A DNA stretch of 64,000 bases from Candidatus Sumerlaeota bacterium (GTDB lineage: Bacteria; Sumerlaeota; Sumerlaeia; JAFGJS01), in contig JAFGJS010000030.1 of NCBI GenBank assembly GCA_016928995.1, forward strand, positions 37,776 through 101,775. The letters run 5' to 3'. The notes below the pieces were generated by a model, which did no database searches, was not told where the DNA came from, and worked only from the letters and a program-made list of their open reading frames with translations. The position numbers and the translations under genes are program-made. Shown here piece after piece: positions 9,433-19,374 of this stretch (positions are counted from its first letter, which is position 1; each line of letters opens with the position of its first letter).

Positions 9433-10599
9433 TCATGCGGGGCCGTTTTTTTTCGAAGCGGCATAGCCGTGAATTGTGATTGGCCGGTTTTGCTCCAGCG
9501 CCTCGCGTGTCTTGAGAAAGAGATTCCCCGTCTCCCAAACGTATTCAATTGAACATCCCTGCGCCCCGGCGTCTGCCGTTGGCCGCGCCATCTCGTAACT
9601 GCGCAGGATATTCTCCCGATGCCCGTGATCGCGAAACAGCGGCGCGATCCTGCGCTTTTTTTCCACCACTTCGATGGTCAGCGTTTTAAAGTCATCCATG
9701 GAAATCAACGCATTGCCGCGATGCGCCGCAAACCGTTCGCGCACTCCTTCGAAGGTGTGGCCTTTCGCTGAGAATGTGATCGCCGCGATGCTTTCGTCGC
9801 CAAACACATACGTCACCGCGATGTCGCAATCCGATTTTTCACCGCGCGTCGGCGTGATGGTCAGCGGATAACGATTCTCCGGCGCGACCATTTGCAGCAC
9901 GAAGTCCGTCCAGTGGCACAGATTGCCCAGCACGCGTCCGCCTTCTTCCGGCTTGAAATACCAATGCTCCGGCGCGATTTCATGCCCCGCGATGAACCAG
10001 TTGAACATCGCCGGACCGTCCTGCGCGGCCAGACATTCCATGATCGCGCGCCCCATGCGGCTCATCGGACGGTTGAATCCCAATCCCACTCGTCCTTTGC
10101 TTTCCGCCATCGCTGCGCAGAGCCGCTCGAGCTGCTCTTCACGCACCACATGCGGTTTTTCGATATGCACATGCTTGCCTGCCTTCAGCGCCTGAATCGC
10201 ATACTCCGCATGCGAGGCGTGGTTCGACGCGATGTAAATCAGATCAATCGCGGGGTCGTTGATGATTTTTTCCGCGTCATCCGTGTAGTAGCGCAGTCCG
10301 TATTTTTCGTACAGCGACGCCGCCTTGTGCAGGTCGATGTCCATCGCGCCGCGCATCACCCGGTCGTATTTTTTATGCAGATAGTATGCGATGTTGCTGA
10401 AGGCGAAATTTCCGCAGCCGATCAATCCCACATGCCCGCCGTCTTCGATGCGCTCCGGCAAGGCCGGCAGCGGATCGAAGCGCTTTTTCATGTGGTATTG
10501 CCCTTTGATTTTAACCAGCGTGCGGCTGGGGCCGTAAAGCCGCATGTAACGCAGAGCCTTTTTTATTTTAAATCCCAATTTTTGCGTCGTGTAATCCAT
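9433..10599 (-). CDS. Gfo/Idh/MocA family oxidoreductase
   Basis: GLIGCGNFA, HVHIEKP and GFNRP motifs. Confidence 0.85.
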   Translation of the reverse strand: MDYTTQKLGFKIKKALRYMRLYGPSRTLVKIKGQYHMKKRFDPLPALPERIEDGGHVGLIGCGNFAFSNIAYYLHKKYDRVMRGAMDIDLHKAASLYEKYGLRYYTDDAEKIINDPAIDLIYIASNHASHAEYAIQALKAGKHVHIEKPHVVREEQLERLCAAMAESKGRVGLGFNRPMSRMGRAIMECLAAQDGPAMFNWFIAGHEIAPEHWYFKPEEGGRVLGNLCHWTDFVLQMVAPENRYPLTITPTRGEKSDCDIAVTYVFGDESIAAITFSAKGHTFEGVRERFAAHRGNALISMDDFKTLTIEVVEKKRRIAPLFRDHGHRENILRSYEMARPTADAGAQGCSIEYVWETGNLFLKTREALEQNRPITIHGYAASKKNGPA

Positions 10600-10611
10600 G
10601 CATGCCCGCCT

Positions 10612-11766
10612 CTAATTTCCTCGCCAATCCACGAGCGCCGAATAGGTTTCATCGGCGCACTTTTCCCAGGAGAACGCGGCCGCGCGATCCCGCGCGCGTT
10701 TTCGCAAATCGTTGCTCAATGCCTCGTTTTCAATGCACCGCCGCATCCGCTCCGCCAAGCCGTCAATGTCTCGCGCGCGGCATTCCAGCGTGCAATCCTG
10801 GAAAATTTCCGGCAACGGCGGCCGGTCCGTGGAGACAATCGCGCAACCGGATGCCATCGCTTCAATCGCGATATTCGGGCATGCCTCGATCTCCGTCGCG
10901 ATCACGCAAACTCGACAGCGGCGGTATAGAGCGGCCATGATTTCCCGCGAAACATGCCCGGCTGCCAGGATTCGTTCGCGCGCAGGCGATGCTTGAATGG
11001 TCTGCTCGATCAGGCGTCCATAGCGCTGGTCGATTCCCGCGCCTGCAATCACAAGTTGGAGCTCGCTGTCCGAAGGACCGGTCAATCGCCCGTACGCTGC
11101 GATCACATCTTCGCAACGACGGTAGGGAAGCAACGAACCGCAGGTCAAGATGAATTCACGGTTCACGCCGATGTCTTTCAAGGCTTTCCCATCATGCTCC
11201 TGCGCAGCGTCATCCGGAGCGAAACTTGCGTCCCGCCCATGATAGATCCGCCGGACGCGATTCGCATCGACGCCCAATTCCTCGATCAGGCAATTCCGCG
11301 CATAGTCCGACACGGCGATGATCCGATCCGCTTCACGCAACGCTTTCGCAGATTGCCTACGCAGCGCGCGGTTGCGCAATCCCTGGCGAAAACTGTAGCG
11401 ATAATTCATGAAGCGGAACGGCTCCATATTGCGCAGCATCAGCACTTGCTTCACGCCGGGCGCCTTCGGCCCGATCTGATATGGCGTAAAGAGGACATCC
11501 GACTCTAATTCCCGCGCGATGCGCGCCATGTTTCGCCGTTCCCATACAATCCGCCGCCATCCAGCCGGACGCGCACCCTGGATCAAAACGAGCTGCTCTT
11601 TCTGTGTCGATGGCAATAATACAGATTGGCTTTCATGCGCCAAGAACTTCAATTCATGTCCGTCTGCCGCATTTTGAAATCGAGCCGCCAGCAAAGGAGC
11701 TAGATTACATAGATAAGACACCGCCCCGCCGCTGACCGAGGATAGGCAATTGATTAGAATTTTCAT
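10612..11766 (-). CDS. Glycosyltransferase family 4
   Basis: IIAVSDY and EACPNIAIEAMASG (EX7E) motifs. Confidence 0.88.
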   Translation of the reverse strand: MKILINCLSSVSGGAVSYLCNLAPLLAARFQNAADGHELKFLAHESQSVLLPSTQKEQLVLIQGARPAGWRRIVWERRNMARIARELESDVLFTPYQIGPKAPGVKQVLMLRNMEPFRFMNYRYSFRQGLRNRALRRQSAKALREADRIIAVSDYARNCLIEELGVDANRVRRIYHGRDASFAPDDAAQEHDGKALKDIGVNREFILTCGSLLPYRRCEDVIAAYGRLTGPSDSELQLVIAGAGIDQRYGRLIEQTIQASPARERILAAGHVSREIMAALYRRCRVCVIATEIEACPNIAIEAMASGCAIVSTDRPPLPEIFQDCTLECRARDIDGLAERMRRCIENEALSNDLRKRARDRAAAFSWEKCADETYSALVDWRGN

Positions 11767-11788
11767 CGAGGCGTCCTTGCGCGGCGGA

Positions 11789-13030
11789 TCAGTAATGCGT
11801 ATTATTGTTTGACGGCTGTAAATTTTTTTCTGTTGTGCGAATTCTACGTAATATTTCCTCCAACGCCGCGCCCCAGGTTGATTCCCAGGTGAAGCGGCGT
11901 TTCACGTCCTCGCGCGCCAGACGCCCCATACGTTCGCGCATTCCGCTGTCATTCGCCAGCAGCAGGATCGCGTCCGCCAAGGCTTTCTCATCCGCCGGTT
12001 GGAACAATAATCCTGTTTCTTCGTGGTTAATCACTTCACGGTTGCATGCGTAATCCGGCGCTATTGTCGCTAATTCCGACGCCATATATTCCTGAATTTT
12101 TATGGGACAGATGATGTCCGTTGATCCGGGCAGCACGGCGATGTCCAGCGCGGACAAGATTCCAGGCACTTCGTCTTTGGGCACGCCGGGAATCATCATC
12201 ATCGATGATTGGAGCAAATTTCGTCTTGCTGCTAAACGATGTGCCTTGTCATATTCTTTGCCCGAACCCACCATGAGGCAGCACACATTGTTTATCCCTC
12301 GCTCTTGAATTTTGGCCATCGCCTCAATAAGGAGGCACGTGCTATGGTACCAGGCATAACTTCCTAGATATCCAATCAGCACCGTATCTTTGGAGATGCC
12401 CAGTCGTTTGCGTGTTTCTTCACGCTCTTGCGCATCGCATCGGAATTGCTGGGGATCGACAGCATTATGCGCGACAATGATCTTGTCGCTATTAATGCCT
12501 TGTTGGATCAAATCTACTCGCAAAACCTCGGATTCTGTGACGATGAAATCAGCCTCTTCATTTTTCCAATGTTCCATCCTTCGGGCTCGATGCAAGTGCA
12601 ATGAAAGCGAATATGCGGCGATGTTATCCTTCCACTCCAGAACATACGGAACGCCAAATTGGCGCGCCAACTTCAAACCCGCGCAATGCAACCGGCAAGA
12701 TCGCTCCCACACAATGTCGGGTTTGAATGCTTTACATTGAAGTTCCAGATGTCGCAGCATCTCCATGTCATGGTGGATATCCCGCCGTTCTGAAACGCTA
12801 CGGATCAGCGGATTGAGTATTTCGACGCGCCGATACCACTGCCGATGAAAAGAATGCTTCCCGTACTCCCGGCTCTGGCTGTTACTCGAATTCGGCAAAA
12901 TGTCGCCGCCGCAAATGGCTTTTACTTCAAAGCCCAACTTTTTCCAACAAGCGAGAAACGAAGAGATTTTTCGACCCGGATTATCGCTGAATATGCTTCG
13001 TCCGCCGGCGATGTATAGCACTTTGCTCAT
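11789..13030 (-). CDS. Glycosyltransferase family 4
   Basis: HNAVD, GYLGS, PIKIQEYMA and TGLLF motifs. Confidence 0.88.
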   Translation of the reverse strand: MSKVLYIAGGRSIFSDNPGRKISSFLACWKKLGFEVKAICGGDILPNSSNSQSREYGKHSFHRQWYRRVEILNPLIRSVSERRDIHHDMEMLRHLELQCKAFKPDIVWERSCRLHCAGLKLARQFGVPYVLEWKDNIAAYSLSLHLHRARRMEHWKNEEADFIVTESEVLRVDLIQQGINSDKIIVAHNAVDPQQFRCDAQEREETRKRLGISKDTVLIGYLGSYAWYHSTCLLIEAMAKIQERGINNVCCLMVGSGKEYDKAHRLAARRNLLQSSMMMIPGVPKDEVPGILSALDIAVLPGSTDIICPIKIQEYMASELATIAPDYACNREVINHEETGLLFQPADEKALADAILLLANDSGMRERMGRLAREDVKRRFTWESTWGAALEEILRRIRTTEKNLQPSNNNTHY

Positions 13031-13048
13031 TATGCAATTCCCAGGCGC

Positions 13049-14191
13049 TTATGCAGATTTATTTTCAGTGTAGATGGCTTTAAGCGCTTTGATATTGTTT
13101 TTTATATTGAATGGGCTTTTCTCAATGATGCTCAGGGCTTTGCTCTGTTTCATGATTCGATTCGTGATCTTCGTGTGGAATATCGCTTGCGCCCATTCCT
13201 CTGGCGACTGCGATAGAGAGATTCTTTGTACGAGATGAGAGATGACATCCGCTTCTTTGGGGATTGTATCCGAACAAATGCAAGGCAGACCAGCGGCTTG
13301 CGCTTCCACCAGCGCCAGTCCTAAGCCTTCATATAGTGAAGGAAACAGGAATAGATCCATCGCGCCTAGCATGATTTGCGGCACATCAGTACGAACTCCT
13401 GTAAAAAAAACATTGTCTTTAAGCCCAGATTGAGCGGCTTGGACTTCAATCTTCGACTTAAACTTTCCATCACCCACAAATAAAAAAACAATGCCGGGAT
13501 CTTTTTTTTGAATTTCTCTAGCGATTTCAATAATGAATTCATGGTTTTTTTGGCTATTTCGAAAGCTTCCCACATGGCCTACTACATAAGCGCCTTTTGG
13601 CAATCCGAACGATTCTCGCAAAACATCCTTTTTCGTCGTTGCTCCAAATATAGAAAAATCCACGCCGTAATATAAAAGTTTCCAGCGTGAATCCTCGCGC
13701 CAATGCGGGCCGAAATAGCTGTTGGCTGCTATTTCTGAACAAGCGAATCCATGTGTGGCGTGAACTTTGCTGTTTTTTTGACTCTGTAGTGCAAACAACC
13801 GCTGGAAAAAATTACTTGGCATCGCCTGGGACATGTCGTTGTGGCTATGGACAATGCGGATGGGCGTTCCAACTTGTTTGGCGGCGGACATAACAGGGCC
13901 GTTCCAGTTCACGCAATGCGAATGGACAACATCATATGGCCCGTATTTTATTAGTATCGCTTTTAATTCGCGCATATATCTCAACGGCCGGGAGGGTGAG
14001 CAACAATGATATAAACTACACCCCATATCCTTCAATTCCTCGCCATAATCGCCAGGCTTGTCTGCATGAATAAGAAAGTCCATGCGATATTGATCGCGAT
14101 CAATGTTACGTAATACATGCATTAACCACGTCTCAACTCCTCCGCGATTCATCGAGTAAACGACTTGAAGTATTCTTACAGGCTTAACCAT
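13049..14191 (-). CDS. Glycosyltransferase, EpsF-like (GT4)
   Basis: MNRGGVETWLM, QKNHEF and FPSLYEGLGLALVEAQAAG motifs. Confidence 0.9.
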   Translation of the reverse strand: MVKPVRILQVVYSMNRGGVETWLMHVLRNIDRDQYRMDFLIHADKPGDYGEELKDMGCSLYHCCSPSRPLRYMRELKAILIKYGPYDVVHSHCVNWNGPVMSAAKQVGTPIRIVHSHNDMSQAMPSNFFQRLFALQSQKNSKVHATHGFACSEIAANSYFGPHWREDSRWKLLYYGVDFSIFGATTKKDVLRESFGLPKGAYVVGHVGSFRNSQKNHEFIIEIAREIQKKDPGIVFLFVGDGKFKSKIEVQAAQSGLKDNVFFTGVRTDVPQIMLGAMDLFLFPSLYEGLGLALVEAQAAGLPCICSDTIPKEADVISHLVQRISLSQSPEEWAQAIFHTKITNRIMKQSKALSIIEKSPFNIKNNIKALKAIYTENKSA

Positions 14192-14213
14192 ATGACTTTT
14201 CTAACCGGCTGAT

Positions 14214-15431
14214 TCACTGCTCTGATATTTGCGTTCCAAAGCAATGTCCAAATTTTGAAAATAAAGCATCCCTTACAATCCCCATTTGTTTTTCGTAAGT
14301 GTTATTCGATGCTGACTGCAATCCGTTTTGAATGATGGCGATGCGTTTTTTCGGATTATCCAAGAGAAACTCTACAGCCTGGACGATCTCCCGCGAGGAT
14401 CCTGGCTGAATCAGCAGACCATTATGATTTTGTTCAATCATGCCGGAAACGCTGCCGATTCGTGTGGCGATGACCGGACAGCTTTTTGCCATCGCTTCCA
14501 TAATCACCTTTGGGCGGCCTTCCGATGCGACAGACGGCAAGATAAATATATCATGAGATTTGTAATACTCCCATAATCTGGGTCCAAACGGAACTCGTCC
14601 CGCGAATTCCACTGCATTGCTCATCTCAGTTCTTGCGACTTCTGTTTTCAATTTTGCTAACAATGTGCCCTCTCCAACTAAGGTCAGGCAAATATCTCTC
14701 CCGCCTTGTCGCAGCAGGCGCACCGCTTCCAAGAGAAAAATTACGCCTTTTCTAGGGGAAATGTTCCCGACAAACAACAGTCGACAGGGCTTTGATTGGC
14801 AAGTATCGCGGAATTCCTCGATATCGCGCTGTTCAACGAGAAAATTTGCAAAGACGCAGAAATCAGTGCGATTTTGAGCATAGCGCTCAAGCAGCTTTTC
14901 ACCGACGGCAAATAGTGCGTCGCACTGGGCGGTTGTTTCCCTGAAGATCCTGTCTGCACGCCATACAATAAATGGCCGCAGAATACGCTTCAGGCCGATT
15001 CGCCATTCCGCGGAGTAGGCCTCCGCCCAATCACCGTGCAATGAGACGATAGTGTGTTTATTCATTCTTTTTGCAATCCGGACTGCATGCCATCCTTCGT
15101 ACGATGGCAATCGGCCATAAACAATGTCAACATCGCTAAGAAGATCTGCCAGGCGACGTGGAGCCAGACCGAGATTATTCAACAGGGCGCCATATTTATC
15201 CTGCGGGCCTCGCAACTCGCGCGCATCAGTATGCTCAGGAAGGCGAACCCAATCCTTCTGCCCTTCACGATACTCCACACGAGGCCGCACAAGCGTCGCT
15301 CGTTTGAAGCAACGTGTGAAAATTTCAAGAATACGACACTCTACAGGATTCACATAGCAAGTATCATTTTGTTGCGTATATGGTACATGCGATACGATCG
15401 CTACATGGGCGTTCAGAATATCGTTCTGCAT
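14214..15431 (-). CDS. Glycosyltransferase family 4
   Basis: FVGNISPRKG and SEGRPKVIMEAMA motifs. Confidence 0.88.
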   Translation of the reverse strand: MQNDILNAHVAIVSHVPYTQQNDTCYVNPVECRILEIFTRCFKRATLVRPRVEYREGQKDWVRLPEHTDARELRGPQDKYGALLNNLGLAPRRLADLLSDVDIVYGRLPSYEGWHAVRIAKRMNKHTIVSLHGDWAEAYSAEWRIGLKRILRPFIVWRADRIFRETTAQCDALFAVGEKLLERYAQNRTDFCVFANFLVEQRDIEEFRDTCQSKPCRLLFVGNISPRKGVIFLLEAVRLLRQGGRDICLTLVGEGTLLAKLKTEVARTEMSNAVEFAGRVPFGPRLWEYYKSHDIFILPSVASEGRPKVIMEAMAKSCPVIATRIGSVSGMIEQNHNGLLIQPGSSREIVQAVEFLLDNPKKRIAIIQNGLQSASNNTYEKQMGIVRDALFSKFGHCFGTQISEQ

Positions 15432-15456
15432 CGTTCATTTCAACTTCGTAAAAAAA

Positions 15457-16857
15457 TCAAGTCCCTGTATCTATTAACCGATTCATCATGGAAATAGAAT
15501 TCTGTTTTTGTCTGTAATTCTGTTGTTCATTTGTTATTACATTTAATGCGTTTATTTTTTGCGTAGCAATGATTAACAATAAAATGACATAGGTGTTGAA
15601 ATTGCCGGTGCCAAATCCACGCCAAAATCCCTGTCCGGCAAAACCATTGATCAATACAAATACCATATAAGCGTAAAGCCCTAAAGCAAATTGCACATCG
15701 ACGGACATTCTGGATTTGCGCATTTTGTTGAGTCGGTGAATGCCGCAGGCCAAAAAGAGAAGAAACAACACAAAAGCGGCTGTACCTCCTTGTTCGAAAG
15801 CAAAGAAATACGAATTATGAATTCCATATCCAACCCGGTAACGTAAAGAGTTCAATCCTTCCGATATTGGAGCGACATAAAAACCTGCGCCGATGAACGG
15901 GACTGGCAAGCCATCGAACATGTATCGATCAATGGAATAGTCAAATCTGATACGATTCATAATGCTGTTTTCTGTATTTCTATAGATCTCGAAGCGTTTG
16001 AATCCAAGCGATGCTTGATTCGCGTCGAAGGAGCGCACATTGAAGCCTGCCAAGTATACAAAGCATGCCGCCATGATCGCGAACACCAGCGATTTGCGCA
16101 TCAGCATCGGTTTGAGCCACACACTGACAAGCAAGACAATCGCCGTTCCAGCGATCGCCGCGCGAGACCCGCACGCCAGGGCCGGCCATGCGACAAAGAA
16201 GGCCAGTCCGAGGCAAAGCCAACTGCGCGGCACACTTCGGATGGAAGGAACCAAGGTAAGAGTCATCGCGAATGATAAAACACTGAATAGGCCGATGTGA
16301 AAATAGGTCCGTGAAAGCGGACCAAAGATAGCGCCTTCAAATGACTTTACTGTTTTTCCGCCGGAAATCGCCCATTCAGTGGGTTTGCTGCCATACTGCG
16401 GAATGGCATACAGCGCGACAAAAACGCCGCCGCAGACTATCAGTTGATGAATGATCTTTTTTTGACGGGCATCCAACGGAATTTGGGTTCCGATATAAAT
16501 GACAATCAGACCTTCGATATACTTGGCGGCGAAGAACAATGAAAATTGTCCATATTCCCAAGGGAGAATAGCAATCGTCCACACTGTCGCGCAAAAACAG
16601 AAAACCCCCACGATCGAAGCCCAAATTCGAAAGAGCCAGGATACCCGTATACCGTGACGCAAATGAGGCAGTACGCCTACGACGCCGATGAGAAACATCA
16701 CATCGAACAAACGAGGATTCACTCGGTCATAAGGAGTCGGTTGCCAAAGCGGAAGTTCATAAGCAAAGGACAAGATCAATCCACACAGCCAATAGAATTC
16801 CAACCTTCTGGCTTTATGCCTTTGAAGGTGGGGGGGATTTTCCAATTCTGCTGTCAT
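15457..16857 (-). CDS. Wzy polymerase / O-antigen ligase family membrane protein
   Basis: About 11 hydrophobic segments, GSRAA and IHNSY (Wzy_C-like) motifs, glycan operon context. Confidence 0.72.
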   Translation of the reverse strand: MTAELENPPHLQRHKARRLEFYWLCGLILSFAYELPLWQPTPYDRVNPRLFDVMFLIGVVGVLPHLRHGIRVSWLFRIWASIVGVFCFCATVWTIAILPWEYGQFSLFFAAKYIEGLIVIYIGTQIPLDARQKKIIHQLIVCGGVFVALYAIPQYGSKPTEWAISGGKTVKSFEGAIFGPLSRTYFHIGLFSVLSFAMTLTLVPSIRSVPRSWLCLGLAFFVAWPALACGSRAAIAGTAIVLLVSVWLKPMLMRKSLVFAIMAACFVYLAGFNVRSFDANQASLGFKRFEIYRNTENSIMNRIRFDYSIDRYMFDGLPVPFIGAGFYVAPISEGLNSLRYRVGYGIHNSYFFAFEQGGTAAFVLFLLFLACGIHRLNKMRKSRMSVDVQFALGLYAYMVFVLINGFAGQGFWRGFGTGNFNTYVILLLIIATQKINALNVITNEQQNYRQKQNSISMMNRLIDTGT

Positions 16858-17984
16858 CAGCCGTCAGCTCGCATATTAAACAATGTTTGAATTTCATCAG
16901 GAGTCAACGCCCGGTCGTATACTCGGAAATCATCCACAGCCCCTTGATAAGGCCCCCAGCCGTTGTGCCGCATGCCCAGCCGCATGGATTCCGTGGGATT
17001 TGAAAAGTCTCCGTCATTGTCTGGATTCGTGTTGGCGTACCTTTTGATTCCGTCATACCAATGTTCGATCGTCGTTCCTTGCCGCATAATCGTATAATGG
17101 TGAAAGCTGCCATCCAGCGTGCCGGGCATAATTAAAAACCGGTTGACGGTTCCGTTGTAAAGTTGCATGACCGTCCGTCCGCCATTGCTGGGTTCATATT
17201 TTATTTCGATGGTGTGTTTCGAGAGCGCATACACAACATCGCTGACCGCAGTGGGATTCTGAATCCATACGGCAATCGTGAAATCATGGCCTTCGGCAAA
17301 AAGATCGATGGCAAAATCAGCCCCGAAATCAATCCGGTCATCCACGCCGTCAAACTGCAAGGCCGAAGCGATGACGCCGGAAACGCTGTGCGCAGCGGTG
17401 TTCGGATTGCCTCCTGGATCGATAAAAGTCTGATGCCGCAGGGCTGGCGAGGCGTCATGCACTGTTGAATCAGCGGCATTGTCATCCATTGGCAAATGAA
17501 TATACAATCCTGGGAATTCCCCGGTCAACTCAATGTTGCGGATAAAAATGCCGTCCATGAGCGCGGGATTATTGTCATATTGACAAAAACGGATTCGGAA
17601 TGCCGAGCTGTAAGACAGCCCCCATTGCGCAATGGCGGCATCCAAATCGAGTTCGTAGCTTGTAAAGCGATCCGAGCGCAGATGCCGCAAGTCCTGCACC
17701 TCATACCAGTCCACGCCATCGGCGCTGATTGCCACGCCATCGAAATTGGCGTCGCCGGCAAATGGGTTCGGCGGCGGCGCATGGGGTTCATCGCCATATT
17801 CCTTCGCCTCAAATGTCAATCGCAGTTGTTCATAGGCGGTCAAGTCATACGTCAAGGTCACGGCATTGCGGGCATATTCGAAGTCCTGCACTGGATCGGA
17901 CATATCAATCGACAATCCCGACGGCGCATGGGAAAGATCGATTCCCGGACCGGATGTTTCGATATGGATCGGTTGGATGTTCAT
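16857..17984 (-). CDS. LamG/concanavalin-A-like domain protein with an N-terminal jelly-roll-like domain, no signal peptide
   Basis: ALQFDGVDD, FTIAVWI and GAVDDFRVYDRALTPDEI motifs; its TGA overlaps the ATG of the wzy-like gene. Confidence 0.8.
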   Translation of the reverse strand: MNIQPIHIETSGPGIDLSHAPSGLSIDMSDPVQDFEYARNAVTLTYDLTAYEQLRLTFEAKEYGDEPHAPPPNPFAGDANFDGVAISADGVDWYEVQDLRHLRSDRFTSYELDLDAAIAQWGLSYSSAFRIRFCQYDNNPALMDGIFIRNIELTGEFPGLYIHLPMDDNAADSTVHDASPALRHQTFIDPGGNPNTAAHSVSGVIASALQFDGVDDRIDFGADFAIDLFAEGHDFTIAVWIQNPTAVSDVVYALSKHTIEIKYEPSNGGRTVMQLYNGTVNRFLIMPGTLDGSFHHYTIMRQGTTIEHWYDGIKRYANTNPDNDGDFSNPTESMRLGMRHNGWGPYQGAVDDFRVYDRALTPDEIQTLFNMRADG

Positions 17985-18006
17985 TTTTTTTGTTCCTTAA
18001 GTAAAA

Positions 18007-18110
18007 GAGGCATTAAGGCAACGAGGCATCGAGGCATCAAGGCAATAAGGCACTGAGTCTTCCCGAACTGCCTTCAGTTTTGCCTCGATGCCTCGTTGCC
18101 TTAATGCCTT
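18007..18110. repeat. Octamer arrays (RAGGCANN) forming a perfect 29-bp inverted repeat
   Basis: 18008-18036 (aggcattaaggcaacgaggcatcgaggca) is the exact reverse complement of 18081-18109. Confidence 0.95.
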
Positions 18111-18483
18111 ACCACTTTTTCCCATTTCTTACCTTCCTGGCTAACGACGCCAGCATCCGTTCAATTTCAGCGAGATCGGCATCCAGTTTTTCAAAGTTGC
18201 CACTTTCAAGAAAATGCAGATTGCGGCATATTTCCAATTGCGTCTGCAACTCATAAACGGAACCAATGGCAATCTGGAGAAAGCGGATATAATCGTTGGT
18301 GGAACGGCGGCCATAACCTTCCGCGATATTGCTGGGAATCGACACTGCGCATCGTCGCATTTGTGAGACCAATCCGAATTTTTCATCGGATGGGAATGCG
18401 CCTGTTTCCATATAAATCCCAGTGACCAACTCCATAGCCTTCTGCCAGACGATCAAATCCTTGAACGACCGAATCTCCGCCAT
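18109..18483 (-). CDS. Four-helix-bundle protein (23S rRNA IVP / Avd-like family)
   Basis: SFKDLIVWQKAM, FPSDEKFGLVSQMRRCAVSIPSNIAEG and FLQIAIGSVYELQTQL motifs; GGAGG RBS. Confidence 0.93.
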   Translation of the reverse strand: MAEIRSFKDLIVWQKAMELVTGIYMETGAFPSDEKFGLVSQMRRCAVSIPSNIAEGYGRRSTNDYIRFLQIAIGSVYELQTQLEICRNLHFLESGNFEKLDADLAEIERMLASLARKVRNGKKW

Positions 18484-18515
18484 CTTTTCCCAGCCTCCGA
18501 TTTTGATGGTTACTC

Positions 18516-18571
18516 GTTGCCCTGATGCCTCGATCCCTCACTGCCTTGATGCCTAAATGCCTTGTTGCCTT
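18516..18571. repeat. Seven tandem octamers (NNTGCCTY) upstream of the four-helix-bundle gene
   Basis: gttgccct gatgcctc gatccctc actgcctt gatgccta aatgcctt gttgcctt. Confidence 0.92.
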
Positions 18572-18573
18572 TT

Positions 18574-19182
18574 CTACAAAACCGCCGCCACTGTATTACT
18601 CGGCGTCCCTTCTCCCGCCTTGTTTTGAGCGATGATGCGATACTCCCAGTCCTTGCCGCGCTCCTGATTATTCAAGGTGGCTTCCGTTTCGATGGCCATA
18701 TTCACAAGCGTCCAATCGCCCGATGGCCGCTCCCGCCGTTCAATTTTATAAGCCGCCACGGCGCCGCCATCCAGCGGCTTTTTCCAATCCAGAAAGATCC
18801 AGCCTTCGCCCTGACGCGGCGCTTCCAGCGCGCGCGGCTGCCCGGGCGCCTGTAAATCCGTCGGCGCGGCCTTGCCGCCCCAGCCCAATGCGCTCAGTTT
18901 CGCATCGTCACGATTCACCGCGTCTTCCGCATAACGCAGGACCGCTTTCATCGCGGTCGCAAGCTCATGTATTGCAGCACTCTTCACTGCCGTGGCTTGC
19001 TCCGCCGCCGCTTGCGCCGCAACCTGTTCATCGCTGAGTGTGATCAGAGAAGCGAGCAGCGCCTGCAAATCCGTCGAGGAGACCGGCGGCGCGGGAAAAT
19101 CCGCCGCACTTTCGGTCAAGCCTGTCACGATGTTCTGGGCCAGCGCCCGGATTTCCGCTTCCCGATCGGGAAATTGTGCCAT
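18574..19182 (-). CDS. Helical N-domain + fibronectin type III domain protein
   Basis: APGQPRAL, LDWKKPLDGG, YKIERRE and YRIIAQNKAGEG motifs; AGGAGG RBS; no signal peptide. Confidence 0.85.
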   Translation of the reverse strand: MAQFPDREAEIRALAQNIVTGLTESAADFPAPPVSSTDLQALLASLITLSDEQVAAQAAAEQATAVKSAAIHELATAMKAVLRYAEDAVNRDDAKLSALGWGGKAAPTDLQAPGQPRALEAPRQGEGWIFLDWKKPLDGGAVAAYKIERRERPSGDWTLVNMAIETEATLNNQERGKDWEYRIIAQNKAGEGTPSNTVAAVL

Positions 19183-19374
19183 GATACAATCCTCCTGTGG
19201 TTAGGTTTGGCATTTGAAGTTTATCTTGCCGCGAGAGGACTTTACCAAACAAAACACGGGCTTCAACCTTTTTTGTCCTATCTCCAGCAATTATAATTAA
19301 TGAACGGCGCCGCTCATATTGCCGCTATTGATTTGTGTTTTATAAACTACTTAATTTCAAGCATATATGATTGA

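Noticed and set aside
16830..16836. G7 tract near the wzy 5' end as a phase-variation switch
   Set aside because: Too short, and the frame is intact.
16857..19182. Diversity-generating retroelement (Avd-like gene beside lectin/Fn3 folds)
   Set aside because: No reverse transcriptase in the window and no adenine-variant TR/VR pair seen by eye; a remote RT cannot be excluded.
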